Assembly: GCA_028702975.1 (NCBI GenBank)
Contig: JAQVNT010000001.1
Coordinates: 1-35,782, forward strand
Reading direction: 5' to 3'
DNA: 35,782 bases
Origin: Candidatus Delongbacteria bacterium
GTDB taxonomy: Bacteria > UBA4055
The notes under the pieces are model-generated. The model made no database searches. It worked only from the letters and a program-made list of their open reading frames with translations, and was not told where the DNA came from. Of the stretch, positions 1 through 7,968 are shown in pieces. Within the stretch, counting starts at the first letter, position 1. Each line of letters begins with the position of its first letter. Position numbers and translations under genes: made by a program.

Positions 1-153
1 TTTTTGTTGAATAATAACGATTTTATCAGATGCGTTCCCGTCTTTTCTGACGAACGGACATATCAGTGGGATAAAATACGAATAATCAGGTTAAATTGAA
101 AGAGTAAAAATGAATTTATTAAAAATAGAATTCAAATCGTAATCCTATTGATT

Positions 154-1308
154 TTAAAAAGATAAAAGAACTGACAATAGCGCACAGACGGCGACATAAA
201 ATCCAACTATGTACCTTTTAATAAAACCTGCTTTATAATTTGACATAAAATACATCCCCATACTCATAAATCCCAGACCGCCTACTGTTACGAACAGCGG
301 AAAGCTGACAAATAAGTATAGAAGAGCCATTCCGGAGTTCATGGTAATTCTATTTATGATAAAAGTACCCCAGAAAGTGAACGATCCGAAAGCCAGCACA
401 TAGATCATGTAGATCGCTTTGCCTTTGTTCTTCTCCTGCTCGTCTATATTTGAGATCACCGCATATACAGCTTTACTTACGAGTTCCGGGATTATGAAAA
501 ACACGGTATAAATGAAAGCTGAGAACCTGTCGCCAGCATCATTATTCTTCTGTTCTTCCATTTCTGATTCGAGATCATCATTATTATCGGTTAGATCCGG
601 TTTGTCTGAACTGTGGGCAAGATATATAATTTCATCTTTATTGAACGACATTTCCGGTAATCGCTCGAACCCTCCTCTGAACCTGAGCCTGGATAAGTTC
701 AGCCCGTATGACTTTATTACTTCAGGGTAATCTTTTCCGTACCTTCTAAGATTCCCGGGAATTCCGTAAAGCCTTAGCCTGTCATTGTAGTTCATGTGCG
801 AATATTCCGAGGTCTTTTCCCTTTCCGGATCGACATTTGCCTGAAGTATCATTATTCCATCCGGTTTGAGTATCTTTTTGAGGTCGCTGATGAGCAGATT
901 AGGTCTGGGGTGTTTCTCAAGTATATAATTACAAATGATGATATCGGCTGAACCGGCTGCGTAATCACTTTTCTTGATCTCGTCCCTCATTCTGAAATCC
1001 GGCCGCGACGAGTAAATGTTGACATCGGAGTTCGGGTACTTTCTGAAAAAATCAGCCGCGACCCCTTCTTCTCCGACATAGAGTATTTTTAGCTCCCCTG
1101 ACAGCATCTGTGTCTTTGACAGCAGGAAAAGAAGCACAGTTCTCTCTTCAGCCGTTGATCCGCAAACGGGGCATATTTGACTCAGTTGTTTGGTAAGCTT
1201 GTATTTCGTCGCTATATAGAATCCCGAACAGAACGGGCAGTAGATGACATCGCCGCGGAAATACTGCTTTTTGTAGAACTCGTAATTATTTCTGATCGTT
1301 GAGAACAT
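154..1308 (-). CDS. Zn-ribbon + class I SAM-dependent methyltransferase fused to a C-terminal polytopic membrane domain (possible RiPP tailoring enzyme)
   Basis: 384-aa ORF. N-terminal CPFC...CPVC four-Cys pair. Rossmann-type MTase-like core (KILYVGEEG, ADIIICNYILEKH, LKPDGIMIL). An acidic linker is followed by about 4 hydrophobic helices in the last ~130 aa. AGGA lies upstream of the ATG. Same strand as the exporter and just downstream of it. Confidence 0.6.
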   Translation of the reverse strand: MFSTIRNNYEFYKKQYFRGDVIYCPFCSGFYIATKYKLTKQLSQICPVCGSTAEERTVLLFLLSKTQMLSGELKILYVGEEGVAADFFRKYPNSDVNIYSSRPDFRMRDEIKKSDYAAGSADIIICNYILEKHPRPNLLISDLKKILKPDGIMILQANVDPEREKTSEYSHMNYNDRLRLYGIPGNLRRYGKDYPEVIKSYGLNLSRLRFRGGFERLPEMSFNKDEIIYLAHSSDKPDLTDNNDDLESEMEEQKNNDAGDRFSAFIYTVFFIIPELVSKAVYAVISNIDEQEKNKGKAIYMIYVLAFGSFTFWGTFIINRITMNSGMALLYLFVSFPLFVTVGGLGFMSMGMYFMSNYKAGFIKRYIVGFYVAVCALLSVLLSF

Positions 1309-1375
1309 TCGTTGATCCTATTCAAACTATGTTAGAAATAATAATAACAATTCAAAATAATTGCAAGGTTATTTT

Positions 1376-1579
1376 CTACCTCACTTTCTCAAATATTATA
1401 TCATAAACTGTTTTGCCGTCCTTATACTCAATGAACTTAGCTGAAAGTATCAACCCGATGATCAGAAGTGTTATGACCGTGATGCCGACCCTTACCGCCC
1501 AGTGAGGCCGATAGGTAAGTATTTCCTGTGTTTTCTCGCTTCTGTCTATTATATTATTTATTTTGCTCTCTTCAGGCAT
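1376..1579 (-). CDS. Small single-pass membrane protein resembling only the N-terminal anchor of a HlyD-family bacteriocin-secretion accessory protein (truncated remnant?)
   Basis: The ATG at 1579 lies 1 nt after the PCAT stop codon (TAATATG). The ORF track starts it at a TTG at 1597. The sequence RSEKTQEILTYRPHWAVRVGITVITLLIIGLILSAKFIEY looks like the cytoplasmic-tail plus TM start of HlyD-like proteins, but the ORF stops after ~67 aa. Confidence 0.4.
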   Translation of the reverse strand: MPEESKINNIIDRSEKTQEILTYRPHWAVRVGITVITLLIIGLILSAKFIEYKDGKTVYDIIFEKVR

Positions 1580-1580
1580 A

Positions 1581-3779
1581 TTAATTCCCCAGTTCAAGCT
1601 GATTTTTCACAAGATTGTAATAAGCGCCTTTAAGCTCTGCAAGTTCTTTGTGCGTACCTCTTTCAATTAACCTGCCTTTCTCAAGCACTACGATCTGATC
1701 GGCATTTTTTACTGTGCTGAGTCTGTGCGCGACTACAACAACGGTTTTTCCTTTGAAGAACTGATCAAGATTTTCCATTATGACCTTTTCATTATTGGCG
1801 TCAAGCGCATTGGTGGCTTCGTCAAAGAAAATGAATTCCGGATCTTTATAAACCGATCTCGCGATAAGCATTCTCTGTTTTTGACCCTGACTGAGTCCGT
1901 GCCCATCGCCCCCGATCTTTGTATTGTATCCCAAAGGTAGAGTTTCAATAAATTCTTCTATATTCGCAACATGAACCGCATGCTTAAGTTTATCCTTATC
2001 AGGCTTTTCGTCGCTGACGGAAATATTGTTCGCTATCGTATCGGAGAAGATAAAGCCCTCCTGCATGACAACACCGCATTTTTTTCGCCATTCATTGCTG
2101 TTTATGATCTCAAGATCATTCCTGCCTACCTCGATTTTTCCTTTTTGAGGTTTGTAAAATCCAAGAAGAAGTTTGATCAGCGTAGTCTTTCCGCTTCCGC
2201 TTGTGCCCACGATAGCCGTTATCTTCCCTTCAGGTATGGTTAGGTCGATATCCTTCAGCACCCATTCCGATTCAGGTCCTTCATACTGAAACGATACATC
2301 TTTTACCGTCAAAGTTTTATTATCGCCTATATCTTTGATCCTGTCTTCGTTGGTATTCTCCTCATCCTCCTTGTTGTGGATCTCACCGAGCCTTTCTAGA
2401 CTGATCTTTGCGTCCTGCATGGAGTGCATAAAATAAATCAGCTGAGAGACCGGGCTGTTGAGCTGACCGATTATATACTGAACGGATATCATCATACCGA
2501 GCGTCATATCTCCTTTGATAACCGCATAAGCCGAGAGGAAAGTAATAATAATATTCTTGCCCTCATTTATCAGCATACCACCGGAATTCTGGTACTGGTC
2601 GAGGCTAAGACTTTTTACATTGAGCTTGAACAGCTTAGCCTGAATATTCTCCCAGTCCCACCTTTTCTGCTTTTCGCAGGTGTTGAGCTTGATCTCCTGC
2701 ATACCCGTTATCATCTGGATAAGGTTGCTGTTGTTATCGGACATCACCTCGAACTTCTTAATGTCTATCGCTTTTCTTTTCTTTAAAAAAGCTTTTATCC
2801 ATAATACATAGAGAATGCTGCCTATCAGAAATACGAAGAAAATTTTCACGTTATAAATTATCAGGACTATGCTGAAAATCACAAAATTCACTGCCGAAAA
2901 AAGTATGCTCAAAGTCTGATTTGTCAGGAATGATTCGATCCTGTGATGGTCATTGATCCTCTGAAGCAGATCTCCTGTCATCTTTACATCAAAGAAACTG
3001 ATCGGAAGCTTCATCAGCTTGATTAGAAAGTCCGATATGATCGAAATATTGACCCTTGTGCTCAAATGAAGCAGTATCCAGCTCCGAATAAACTCAATAC
3101 CCGCCCTGCCGAAGAAAAGTGCAAGCTGAGCGATAAGGATGATCATTATAAAATTGACATCTTTTGTGTTAATACCCACATCTACGATCGCCTGCGTCAG
3201 GAAAGGGAAAACAAGCTGAATCAAACTCCCGGCCGCCATACCGATAATGAGCTGGACTATCAGTTTTTTGTACGGTTTTACATAATGGATCAGGAATTTG
3301 AAGCTGGTCTTATCAACTTTCTTCTTTTCGTCCTCGATATTATAAAAATCAGGCGAAGGTTCAAGCAGGAGAGCAACTCCGACAGGAACATCGTCAAGCT
3401 TATCCGAAGCCCAGCGCTTCATAAAATCTTCTCTTGAGTGCTTAAGAAGTCCGTGCGCAGGATCAGAAATCCAAACGAATTTATCTGTGATCTTGTAAAC
3501 AACAACGAAATGGTTTTGATTCCAGTGAACAATGCACGGCAGCTGAGAACTGACCATAAGAGAATCATAGCTTATCTTGACCCCTCTAGTTCTGAATCCC
3601 AGCTGTTCGGCTGCGTTACTGATGCTCAAAAGAGATACACCCTCACGGGTCGCGAAAGCCTTTTCCCGCAGTGTCTCCAATGAGTAAGTCTTACCGTAAT
3701 ATTGAGCTACTATGCGCAGAGCTGTAGGACCGCAGTCCATAGCGTCAAGCTGTTTAAAGGTGGGGAAAGACTTCAGCAA
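1581..3779 (-). CDS. Peptidase C39 domain-containing ABC transporter (PCAT; double-glycine leader cleavage and export)
   Basis: 732 aa. N-terminal C39 motif QLDAMDCGPTAL with downstream HWNQNHFVVVY and SDP (Cys/His/Asp). Six-TM ABC membrane domain. Walker A GTSGSGKTT, signature LSQGQKQR, Walker B IFFDEATNALD. TTG start. Confidence 0.93.
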   Translation of the reverse strand: MLKSFPTFKQLDAMDCGPTALRIVAQYYGKTYSLETLREKAFATREGVSLLSISNAAEQLGFRTRGVKISYDSLMVSSQLPCIVHWNQNHFVVVYKITDKFVWISDPAHGLLKHSREDFMKRWASDKLDDVPVGVALLLEPSPDFYNIEDEKKKVDKTSFKFLIHYVKPYKKLIVQLIIGMAAGSLIQLVFPFLTQAIVDVGINTKDVNFIMIILIAQLALFFGRAGIEFIRSWILLHLSTRVNISIISDFLIKLMKLPISFFDVKMTGDLLQRINDHHRIESFLTNQTLSILFSAVNFVIFSIVLIIYNVKIFFVFLIGSILYVLWIKAFLKKRKAIDIKKFEVMSDNNSNLIQMITGMQEIKLNTCEKQKRWDWENIQAKLFKLNVKSLSLDQYQNSGGMLINEGKNIIITFLSAYAVIKGDMTLGMMISVQYIIGQLNSPVSQLIYFMHSMQDAKISLERLGEIHNKEDEENTNEDRIKDIGDNKTLTVKDVSFQYEGPESEWVLKDIDLTIPEGKITAIVGTSGSGKTTLIKLLLGFYKPQKGKIEVGRNDLEIINSNEWRKKCGVVMQEGFIFSDTIANNISVSDEKPDKDKLKHAVHVANIEEFIETLPLGYNTKIGGDGHGLSQGQKQRMLIARSVYKDPEFIFFDEATNALDANNEKVIMENLDQFFKGKTVVVVAHRLSTVKNADQIVVLEKGRLIERGTHKELAELKGAYYNLVKNQLELGN

Positions 3780-3795
3780 TTTACAATCATAATAA

Positions 3796-4968
3796 TTATT
3801 TAATTAAATATTCAAATACTTTTATAACTTTCCCTTTTTCGTCATCGTAATCATCATAGTTATGATAATAGAGCCTATTGTTTACAAAAACAATTTTAAA
3901 TATACTGAAAGCTCCTGAAAAATCATGGTATTCAATTTCGTTAAAACTTACTGTGTTTTGAAAAACTCCATCAGTGTAAATATCTGCAATTAGAATATTA
4001 CTTTTATTTTCATTTCTTTCTTTCGTTGCTAACACCCATAAGTTTTCGTTATTGTCACAATAAATTGTATTAATAACTTTCTTCTTTAATTTCCCAAAGA
4101 GTTTACGCATATCTACATTATTAATTTGGCTCATCCAATCTAATTCAATTTCTGAATAGTATTTTACTCTGGATGAATTCTTTATAGTGTATTTATAATC
4201 GCCCGTGATAATATCATAAACCAATATTTCATAATCGTTTTCCGAGAGCCATGAAATAAATATCTCCCTGCTATTATTACAAATATATGGATAATATTTT
4301 GATCTGGCATCTAATATGCCTTCATGACTGACCTTCTTTTCTGAAATAGTTTTAGTTCTTTTAAAATAATTGTTTAATAAAACAATCTCCATATGGATTT
4401 CATATTTATTATCACCAATTATTTCCTCATCCCATGCAAAAGCTATAAAACTACTCTCGGTTAATTTATTTAATTCATAATAAAACCTGTCTAAAATTGT
4501 TGAATTCAAATAATTACCATCAAGATCAAATTTATTTATTTTGTAATCCCTTAGCGTAACGGCTAATAATGTATCCTGAATAATAATTAGTTTATCGTAA
4601 CCAGACGATTCACCTGGCCCTTTTCCCATTCTAGAAAATGTATTAATATATTCGCCTGCATTGTCATATTTGTATATTAAATTATTATTATCGTATGTTG
4701 AAATGAAGATATTGTCGTTTGAATCTGCAGTTAGTCCAAAAAAGTATTTGGGATTCAAATCATGGATTATTATACTACTATCATACTGATATATCTCAAA
4801 TAAATTGTTCAATTTTATATTCAGATCAGGATTAGCTGGAATATTTTTATTCAAATAAATTAAACCATTCTTATTAGATATTGTTTCATATGTATTATCC
4901 TTATCAGAGCATGAATATAGTAATGTGAAAATCAAAATAACATATATTTGTATAATTCTAACAATCAT
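3796..4968 (-). CDS. 6-bladed beta-propeller (NHL/TolB-like, BF3164/DUF5128-like) lipoprotein, paralogue A
   Basis: Signal peptide plus lipobox LLYSC. GKGPGE motif typical of this propeller family. Aligns over its full length with ORF 6788..7951. The ORF track extends to a TTG at 4992 that overlaps the rSAM stop. I prefer the ATG at 4968. Confidence 0.72.
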   Translation of the reverse strand: MIVRIIQIYVILIFTLLYSCSDKDNTYETISNKNGLIYLNKNIPANPDLNIKLNNLFEIYQYDSSIIIHDLNPKYFFGLTADSNDNIFISTYDNNNLIYKYDNAGEYINTFSRMGKGPGESSGYDKLIIIQDTLLAVTLRDYKINKFDLDGNYLNSTILDRFYYELNKLTESSFIAFAWDEEIIGDNKYEIHMEIVLLNNYFKRTKTISEKKVSHEGILDARSKYYPYICNNSREIFISWLSENDYEILVYDIITGDYKYTIKNSSRVKYYSEIELDWMSQINNVDMRKLFGKLKKKVINTIYCDNNENLWVLATKERNENKSNILIADIYTDGVFQNTVSFNEIEYHDFSGAFSIFKIVFVNNRLYYHNYDDYDDEKGKVIKVFEYLIK

Positions 4969-4988
4969 TTTTATCTCAAAAATTAAAA

Positions 4989-6407
4989 TCAATAATCATA
5001 TTCAAGGAATGCTTTTATTTGATTACTATTTAGCTTCTCCATCAAGTAACACGCTGCTTTAAAAATGGCTATTTTATAATTACAAATTGTAGAGTAATAT
5101 GTATATGTTTCATTGTAATCATTATTGATTCTTACATGTTGTGACAGGCATAAACCCGCGCAAATATTTCTTATTAAACAGTTCTTGCAATCAATTAATT
5201 CATTTGTGTTCTTCATTTTTTTCATATATAAATTAATTTTATTAAAATTAAAACCTGTTTTAATACAACCAATTTTGAATTTACTTGAAGAACATTTGAA
5301 ATCAGTACAAGGATAAAAATCACCTTGACTATCAATAAACACACTTGAGCCGAAAACTGCCATACAAACCGGGCAATTTTCGTTATTAATATTGAGTATT
5401 TTTCTTACAAAAATATGTAATTCTTCATATTTTACGAATTTCTCATTATTCTTTAATTTCTGAATTATAATTTTGGTCAATTCTTTCAGATGATACTCAA
5501 GTATTTCAAATTGACTATTGTATCTTAGTGGGGAAATATTAATACCTGAAGAATGATAAAATGGATTTGAAGATATTGATTTTACACCTAGCGAATCAAA
5601 GTATTTAATATTCTCAGAAAAATATCTGACAGAATACGGTGTCAAAATCATTAAAGCCTTTACAGGAATTTTATTTCTTAACAAAGAAATAAGATTTTTA
5701 TTAATAGTCTCAAAAGAACCATTTCCATTTTTATATTTTCTGTTTTGATCATTACAAATCTTAACACCATCGGATGATACAAGTACATAAAAATTGTATC
5801 TTCTAAAAAATTCAATTATTTCATCGTTAAGAATAGTTCCGTTTGTCGTAATTCCATATTGAATTGCAATATCATTCTTTTTCTCCTCGATATAATCAAC
5901 AATATCTGCTATCAAATTAAATTTTAATAACGGTTCACCGCCGAAAAAATTAATTCTCAAATTCTTGGACAATTTTGGATATTCAAAGATGCAATCTACA
6001 ATTTGCTTTGCAATATTCTCCTCCAGTGTTTTAGACCTTGTATTACCGAAAGATCCATAACAATAACTGCAACGTAGATTACAGTCTTCTGTAATTTCGA
6101 TTGTGATGTCTTTTAATATGTTCATCTCTTTCAAATTGAGTTTAGCACTTAGTTTCTCTGCAATTATAATTTGACTTGAAATCAAATTGTCTTTTAAAAT
6201 AATTAAATCCTCTATTTCTTTAATCGACATTTTGCTAATTCCATCATTGTTGAGCTTTATCTTATATAATGTGTTATACATTGCTTTTTTTATTGGAATA
6301 ACAATTGTAAAATCTAATAAAACGATATAGAAATTTCCATAATAACTAAACACATTCCACTTTTCATCTTCGAAATATGAATGCAATTCTTTTAATTCCT
6401 TTAACAT
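4989..6407 (-). CDS. Radical SAM/SPASM peptide maturase, paralogue A
   Basis: 472 aa. CNLRCSYC (CxxxCxxC), GGEPLL, and a complete SPASM Cys pattern (CMAVFGSSVFIDSQGDFYPC ... CKNCLIRNICAGLC). A ~100-aa N-terminal extension precedes the rSAM core. AAGGAG lies upstream of the ATG. Confidence 0.9.
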   Translation of the reverse strand: MLKELKELHSYFEDEKWNVFSYYGNFYIVLLDFTIVIPIKKAMYNTLYKIKLNNDGISKMSIKEIEDLIILKDNLISSQIIIAEKLSAKLNLKEMNILKDITIEITEDCNLRCSYCYGSFGNTRSKTLEENIAKQIVDCIFEYPKLSKNLRINFFGGEPLLKFNLIADIVDYIEEKKNDIAIQYGITTNGTILNDEIIEFFRRYNFYVLVSSDGVKICNDQNRKYKNGNGSFETINKNLISLLRNKIPVKALMILTPYSVRYFSENIKYFDSLGVKSISSNPFYHSSGINISPLRYNSQFEILEYHLKELTKIIIQKLKNNEKFVKYEELHIFVRKILNINNENCPVCMAVFGSSVFIDSQGDFYPCTDFKCSSSKFKIGCIKTGFNFNKINLYMKKMKNTNELIDCKNCLIRNICAGLCLSQHVRINNDYNETYTYYSTICNYKIAIFKAACYLMEKLNSNQIKAFLEYDY

Positions 6408-6423
6408 ATATTCTCCTTAATAT

Positions 6424-6455
6424 TGTTTAAAGAGGGGTTTGACCCTCTTTAAACA
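6424..6455 (-). terminator. Perfect 13-bp-stem hairpin between precursor A and maturase A (attenuator or mRNA-stabilising element)
   Basis: tgtttaaagaggg (6424-6436) / loop gtttga / ccctctttaaaca (6443-6455). It lies 22 nt after the precursor stop and about 16 nt before the maturase ATG. There is no clean U-tract. Confidence 0.5.
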
Positions 6456-6477
6456 AAAACATGCTACATGTGACAAA

Positions 6478-6627
6478 TCAATTCCAAACTGGTTTTGGTT
6501 TACTCATTACAGTATCGCATGCAGGCGTTATAGTTCCAGGAGTACCATCGTCTACTCCGCCCTTAATCTTTAACCCATCATTTTTTTTTAGGTTAAGAAT
6601 CACATATTTTTTCTTTGCCGTTTTCAT
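6478..6627 (-). CDS. RiPP precursor peptide A, 49 aa, double-glycine leader: MKTAKKKYVILNLKKNDGLKIKGG|VDDGTPGTITPACDTVMSKPKPVWN
   Basis: Hand-translated and absent from the ORF track (under 60 aa). AAGGAG SD lies upstream of the ATG, with an in-frame stop upstream. LKIKGG matches a PCAT cleavage site. A paralogue at 9468..9623 has the same architecture. The + strand ORF 6461..6649 is its antisense shadow. Confidence 0.8.
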   Translation of the reverse strand: MKTAKKKYVILNLKKNDGLKIKGGVDDGTPGTITPACDTVMSKPKPVWN

Positions 6628-6787
6628 TTTTTTTCTCCTTTTTTCTTAGTTAAACTCTTTTTAACCCGCGTCCGGATTTTTTCAAACTGCGCAATCTGCT
6701 AATTATTAATCTGTGTATCGAAGGTTTGTTAGGGTATTTCAAAAAATCTTATTTTTCTTAATCTACTCCTGATTCAACACATTAAAA

Positions 6788-7951
6788 TCATTGCCAGTTG
6801 TAATCAAATACTTTTATCACCCCTCCTTTCTCATCATCATATTTACCAAAATTATGATAATAAATTCTATTATTTTCAAAAACTAATTTAAATATTCTGA
6901 ACGCAGCAGAGAAGTCATGGTATTCAATTTCTTTAACATGTACAGTATTTTGAAATACACCTTTATAGAAAATGTCTGCTTTCAGAACATTTTTCTCACT
7001 ATCCTCTCTATCTTTTGTTGCTAATACCCAAAGATTGCCGTTTTTGTCACAACAAATTGTATTTATGGCTTTTTTCTTCAATTTACTTCCAAACAATTTT
7101 TGCATGTCTATATTATTAAATTTACTCAACCAGTCCATTTCGGAATTGGAATAATATTTGGATCTGAAATTGTTTTTTATCGTGAATTTATACTCACCCG
7201 TAAAAATATCATAAACTAAAATATCATAATCGTTTTCGGATAGCCATGAAATGAATATTTCGCTATTATTATTGCAAATGTATGGATAATATTTTGAAGT
7301 GACCGCAGTAATCCCTTCATGCTTAATCTCTCTGGATAAAATCAATTTCGTTTGTTTGAAATTATTATCTAACAAAACGATCTCCATAGTCACTTCATAA
7401 TTATTTTCTCCGACTATTTTCTCATTCCAAGAAAAACCAAGGAATTTATCATCAGCCAATTTTATGATTGATTCATAGAAACGATCTAAATTTAGAGCAG
7501 CGATGAAATTTCCGTTAAGGTTAAATTTATTTACTTTAAAATCTCTTGTACTTATAGCCAGCAAAATGTCTTTCGAGATAATAAGTTTTTCGTAACCGGA
7601 TGATTCTCCGGGGCCGTTACCTGTTTTAGAAAATGAACTTAAGAAGTTACCTCTGTTGTCGTACCTGTATATCAATCCTTTATTATCTTTTGTTATAACA
7701 AATAAAAACTTTTCATTCGCAGTAAACCCAAAAAAAGACTTAGGATTCAGACCAAGCTCTTGAAGATTACTGTCGAGCTGAGTAATCTCAAATAATTCAT
7801 TCAATTTTACATCTAGAGAAGGATTAGCAGGTATATTTTTGTTCAGGTAAACTATTTCTTCATCATTAGTAATGATTTGGTAAACATTCTGTTTTTCAGA
7901 ACACGATATTAAGGCAATCAATAACGCAAAAAAAACAATCCAAACTTTCAT
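6788..7951 (-). CDS. 6-bladed beta-propeller (NHL/TolB-like, BF3164/DUF5128-like) lipoprotein, paralogue B
   Basis: 387 aa. Signal peptide plus lipobox LISC. GNGPGE motif. Co-linear similarity to 3796..4968 along the whole length. Confidence 0.75.
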   Translation of the reverse strand: MKVWIVFFALLIALISCSEKQNVYQIITNDEEIVYLNKNIPANPSLDVKLNELFEITQLDSNLQELGLNPKSFFGFTANEKFLFVITKDNKGLIYRYDNRGNFLSSFSKTGNGPGESSGYEKLIISKDILLAISTRDFKVNKFNLNGNFIAALNLDRFYESIIKLADDKFLGFSWNEKIVGENNYEVTMEIVLLDNNFKQTKLILSREIKHEGITAVTSKYYPYICNNNSEIFISWLSENDYDILVYDIFTGEYKFTIKNNFRSKYYSNSEMDWLSKFNNIDMQKLFGSKLKKKAINTICCDKNGNLWVLATKDREDSEKNVLKADIFYKGVFQNTVHVKEIEYHDFSAAFRIFKLVFENNRIYYHNFGKYDDEKGGVIKVFDYNWQ

Positions 7952-7968
7952 TCATTTCCCATTTTATG

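Noticed and set aside
28-60. Imperfect hairpin (cgtt-cc-cgtc ttttct gacg-aacg) downstream of the methyltransferase gene, considered as a terminator.
   Set aside because: The stem is short and bulged, with no U-tract on the minus strand. It is also close to the window edge, so the context is unknown.
6461-6649. 62-aa + strand ORF, and the similar 111-aa ORF at 9496..9831. They share the string GVPSSTPPLI.
   Set aside because: Both are antisense shadows of the two minus-strand precursor genes. The shared string is the reverse-frame image of the conserved GG-V-acid-acid-GTPGT region. Neither has an RBS, and the minus-strand reading has an SD, a GG leader and operon context.
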